Of a DNA stretch of 64,000 nt, positions 58,644 to 64,000 are shown in pieces. The stretch is from the human T2T-CHM13v2.0 reference genome, Homo sapiens: the NCBI RefSeq assembly GCF_009914755.1, contig NC_060926.1; one strand, given 5' to 3'. Made by a program: the position numbers and the translations under genes. The first letter of the stretch is position 1; every line of letters starts with the position of its first letter. The notes beneath the pieces are model-generated. The model saw only the letters and a program-made list of their open reading frames with translations. It ran no database searches and was not told where the DNA came from.

Positions 58644-59061
58644 CCAAATGTCCAAAATGATAGACTGGATTAAGGAAATGTGGCACATATACACCATGGA
58701 ATACTATGCAGCCATAAAAAATGATGAGTTCATGTCCTTTGTAACAGGCACATGGATGAAGCTGGAATCCATCATTCTCAGCAAACTATTGCAAGGACAA
58801 AAAACCCAAACACCACATGTTCTCACTCATAGGTGGGAATTGAACAATGAGAACACATGGACACAGGAAGGGGAACATCACACACCGGGGCCTGTTGTGG
58901 GATGGGGGGATGGGGGAGGGATAGCATTAGGAGATATACCTAAGGTTAAATGACAAGTTAATGGGTGCAGCACACCAACATGGCACATGTATACATATGT
59001 AACAAACCTGCACATTGTGCATATGTACCCTAAAACTTAAAGTATATATATATAAAAAAAA
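58644..59061 (+). mobile_element. L1PA (about PA4-5) 3' fragment
   Basis: CCAAATGTCC...TGATAGACTGGATTAAG...CCCTAAAACTTAAAGTAT plus TA/A tail. No TSD seen. Confidence 0.92.
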
Positions 59062-59689
59062 AGTTAAAGTATTTAACTATTGGCAAAACCTTGGTTTCTT
59101 ACCTATTTAAATGAGGTTGAAGTTACCTGCTTGAAGATTCCTCTTTCGTAGATCTCAGTCATATTATTCAGCTGGACTTTCTGTTCCCCCAGACAGGTCA
59201 AGGAGCTCAAACATATTATCTGGATACAACAGAAGTACCCCTTTCTGTTTTAACTTCAGTATTTTTAATCTTCCTATAGAAGAAAATGTCAACTTTAAAT
59301 ACACTGATGCAATTGAGGTCAAACACCTCTCACTTGGTCAGTCTTCTTTTTCTCAAACTGTCCATTAATTTTAAATATTTAAAACCTCAAGAATGAACTT
59401 CAATCAAACTAAAATAAGGGCAGCCATTCAGGCCCAGTGCCAACCAGTTTGGGGGAGATTATTACATAGGTCAGGAAAAGGCATGACAGTGGAGCACTTC
59501 AATGTATCCATAGTCATAAGGATATATAAGATTTAGAGCCATTTGCATAGCTAGCTCACCTTCCTCACCATCAGTATTTCTGAACAGGGGAAGTCAAAAT
59601 GTAAGTAATGTGGGAAAAGCATAAAAGAGTAACATAACATATATTTTTGAAGTGACATATATGTGAAAATAAGAATGCTGTTTCCATTG

Positions 59690-59860
59690 GTGCCCATGTC
59701 ACTTAGGTACCATTGGACTTTAATTTTTCCAAGTCACAGTTTCCTTAACCCTTCAAAGGAAATAATAATTCTGGCTTCAAGATTATAGTGAACCACAAAA
59801 GAGCTGTGATTCTATAGTACTTAGCAAAGCATAGAAAAGAGCAAGTACTCATAAATGGTA
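59690..59860 (+). mobile_element. MIR fragment
   Basis: ATGTCACTTAGG...CAGTTTCCTT...GTACTTAGCAAAGC...GTACTCATAAATGGTAG. Confidence 0.55.
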
Positions 59861-60081
59861 GGTAAAGATAGCAGTACTTGGAATGATGATGTTGAAAGGA
59901 ATGTTGGTAATTCTGGTATGGGCATTGTTTATTTCTGTCATGGCAGTGATAGTAGCAGTGGAGGCTATAGGCACAGCAGCAGAAGCAGCCATAGTGGGAA
60001 TATGTTCAGCAGTAATTATATGCTGATTGTGTTGAAATTCCTGAAAAGCAAGGAAGGACCTAACTCCATCATGCTTTCTAT

Positions 60082-60271
60082 CAGGGGTCAGCAAACTGCA
60101 GCCCGCTTCCCTGTTTTGTATGGCCTGAAAGCTAAGAATATTTTTTTTGCATACTTCAATGGTTACATTTTAAGTAGTTATATAGCTACTTCCATAATAT
60201 GTTCAATTTTGCTGCTTTACCAAAAAATATTTACCATCTAACCCTTTAGAGAAAAAGTTTGCTGATCCCTG
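60082..60271. mobile_element. MER58-type hAT-Charlie MITE
   Basis: TIRs CAGGGGTCAGCAAACT ... AGTTTGCTGATCCCTG. Confidence 0.85.
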
Positions 60272-60526
60272 CCCTATATCCTTGATTACTGCAAGACATT
60301 CAGGATGTCTCTTATCTCTTGTCCAAATGCTTCTCAGATCTCCTAATTTGACCCAAGTTAATGGTCTCTTTGTAATACCCATATTCTCAGCAAAATGTCC
60401 TAAATTCTCCCTGTATTCTTTGTTTCTAATCTCCTGATGACATATTTCTGTTTTCTCTCCCACATAGCGGGTAACTTTAAGCCTAAAGTGAGGAATACAA
60501 TCTTCACTATTTTTCATAACACCTTC

Positions 60527-61534
<1,008 letters not shown>

Positions 61535-61629
61535 TTTTCATAACTCTTTCATACTATTCTCCTTCTACCTAAAAATCCCAAGTTTGTTTGAAGTTCATAG
61601 TATCAACTTACTATATTACATAGGGCCTT

Positions 61630-61975
61630 TAATTATGATTTATTAACAGTCAATTCAGTATCTTACTGACTTAAAATAACAAAAATATTGTTTCTCATTC
61701 ACCTAACCTGTCCATGTCTGCTCACTGGAACACTACTCCATGTCACCATCATTTTGAGACCAGGTGGATAGAGCCTGCATCTTGTCATTCACTGTGGCAG
61801 AGAAAAATAGACATGGAAAATTGTATTTTGGCTCTTGCAAATGGCTTTCCAAGAGGTGACATCTCATGCTCACATTAATTGACTAAAGCCATTCAAATGA
61901 ACAGGCATAACTTCTTGGGCGCATTTCCTACCAAATGACTTGAAAACGGAGAATATAAACTATTTCTGAACTTCA
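61630..61975 (-). mobile_element. MLT1-type (MaLR) LTR relic
   Basis: TCTTACTGACTTAAAATAACAAAAATATTGTTTCTCATTCA...TGCTCACATTAATTGACTAAAGC. Confidence 0.55.
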
Positions 61976-61999
61976 TGAATCACTCTCCTTCTTCACCGC

Positions 62000-63510
62000 C
62001 TACTATGTCTCTTTATTTTGCAGTCCTCTGTGGATCTTGAGGCTCTTGTCCCTAATTCCTTTAAATGTTAACACATGGCTCATCTCTCTCTCCCACAATT
62101 TTTGTCCCAAGACTCACATAGTTAATCTCCACATAGATTACCTTTCCAGCATCTGTCACTGAGTTGTTTGACTTTGTCATCATTTCACCTCAGTTACCTA
62201 TTCCCAGGGTCATAACCTAGACCTTGGAATTACTATAACTGCAACACATCCATAGTCTCAAGCAGCCATTCTCCTATTAACGTCTCCCATTTTTCCATCC
62301 CAGACCTACTTATTTTTGAACTCTAACTTTCACCCAACCACTGGGACTTCCAATCCATTAACCTTATCGAATTTTCACTGTTGATTTCCATCCCCTTGTG
62401 CCTTTATTTCTTCCCCTATTGTTCTCATATTTCATAGCCCATCATTATAGTCACTCCATTGCAATGTTTTTCAGCTCCTTTGTCCCTCTCTTCCCGCTTT
62501 TTACATATTTAACAAAATGCAGCTGGGATTAAATATTGGTCTCTTCCTACTCCAAATCTGGACCCAAATTTCCAAGTGGCCTTAGAAAAACACACAATCT
62601 TGCTGACTAGTATCACTTAAAATTCATGATCATACATTTCAAGTGGATTCTTGGAATTTCCCAGAGAGACAAGAATATTCCCATAATCAACACACTCTGC
62701 CACTCTCTCCTAGGTCCTTGCTACTCAATGTGTGGTCTAAGGGCCAGCAATAGAGGCATTGCTTTGCGCTTGTTGTTATAAAAGCAGAATCACAAACTGC
62801 TCTCTGACTCAAAGTGTAAGAATCTGCATTTTAACAAGACACTCAGATAATTCTCATGTATATTAAAATCTTGGACTCTTTATTCTAAAAAAATTGTCTC
62901 ACATTGGCTGAAGGTGCTCAGTCTTCTTTGCAATTTCTGTTTACCTTCCTAACTTCTAACATTAGGATGCTTTAGGGCTCATTCATCAGACCTGTTCTTC
63001 ATCTACACTTAACATGTCAGTTTAGATCATCCAGTCCCCTCCCTTTAAATACTTTCTAGAACTGCAATGGCCAAGTATATAATTCCAGTCAAGTCTTCTC
63101 CCATGTACTTATATTTTTGCATCCAGTTCTCATCTACTGTGTATCTCCACTGGCACATGTAATAGGTACCTCAAATTCAACATATCCACATATCCAAAAC
63201 AAAATTATCCATTTCTTGATCCATCCCTCCCCAACCACCAATCTGCTTCTCCTATAGACTTCTCTATCTCAGTAAAGGCAACTTCATTTTTAATGTTGGT
63301 CAAAACAAAACCGTGGCACAATCCTGATTTCTCTCTCTTTTGTGCCTTACTTCCTGTCCATCAAAAAGTCTAACCGGCTGCATTTTCAACTATATTCAAA
63401 ATCTGACCATAAAACTTATCCATTGCTAATACCCCAGCTGTAACCATCATTATCCTTCATGTGACATATTAAAAGCCTTCTAACTGGGCTTCCTTCTTTC
63501 ACCTTGACCC
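62000..63510 (+). mobile_element. L2 relic containing a MER5A-like MITE (about 62718-62875)
   Basis: TCATAACCTAGACCTTG, TAATAGGTACCTCAAATTCAACATATCC, TCTCAGTAAAGGCAAC. The MITE has AATCTGCATTTTAACAAGA. Confidence 0.65.
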
Positions 63511-63514
63511 CTTG

Positions 63515-63704
63515 ACCACGTGGGTTCACCATCCATGGATCCAACAAACCAAGTATTGACATGTGATGCAGAACCTGTGGATATGAAGGGCCAACTTTTA
63601 TATTGAGAGCTTCACAGGGCCACCTGTGGGATTTGAACATCTGCAAGTTTTGGTATCTGCAAGGGTCCTGGAACCAATACCCCATGAATACAGGCAGATG
63701 ACTG
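63515..63704. mobile_element. TcMar-Tigger (MER2-type) MITE fragment
   Basis: TTTTGGTATCTGC..GGGTCCTGGAACCAATACCCC...GATGACTG followed by TA. Confidence 0.75.
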
Positions 63705-64000
63705 TACATATAAAAATCTCGATTCTGTGTAGACACACAAGTATATTTATAGTAAAATGGAAGATAATAAAACACACCCAAATGCTGATGATCAGGTTCT
63801 ATAAATTATAGACTTAGTATTAATACTCTATCCTGCTTTTCCACCTTGCATTTTGTCATAGGAATTTTATATAAAATAATTAAACAGTCATATAATGATT
63901 AAAATCATTAGAATCTACATTATTAGCTCCATAATTTAGCCATTCTCTTACTATTAGAGCTATTTAAGCTACAATTTCTGAATTTTCACTGTTTTAAAAA

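Noticed and set aside
59855-60241. 128-aa ATG-initiated ORF
   Set aside because: Spans a MIR end, low-complexity AGC/TGA-rich sequence and a MER58 MITE. No recognisable domain.

Overview
AT-rich, CpG-poor, repeat-dense primate genomic DNA (great ape, probably human: AluY copies and an L1PA2-type 3' UTR). It looks intronic or intergenic, with no CpG island, no recognisable protein-coding gene and no tRNA or rRNA. All long ORFs are L1 ORF1/ORF2 remnants or artefacts of simple repeats and Alus. Content: 7 Alus plus a 23-bp Alu remnant, MIR/L2 relics, an ERVL internal fragment with an LTR33-like LTR, a MER50-like solo LTR, MLT1 LTRs, DNA-transposon MITEs, and a nested L1 cluster at about 41.3-61.5 kb. 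I see no convincing new biological system. The best non-obvious signals are: (1) a probable gene-conversion tract between two L1PA copies 17,091 bp apart; (2) four 5'-inverted (twin-primed) L1s; (3) several locally templated or fold-back repair scars; (4) a near-completely excised Alu; (5) a candidate minus-strand exon (20141-20227) beside a MYB/RFX/FOX/CCAAT motif cluster. Subfamily calls come from recalled consensus features, not a RepeatMasker run. Boundaries of old repeats are approximate.
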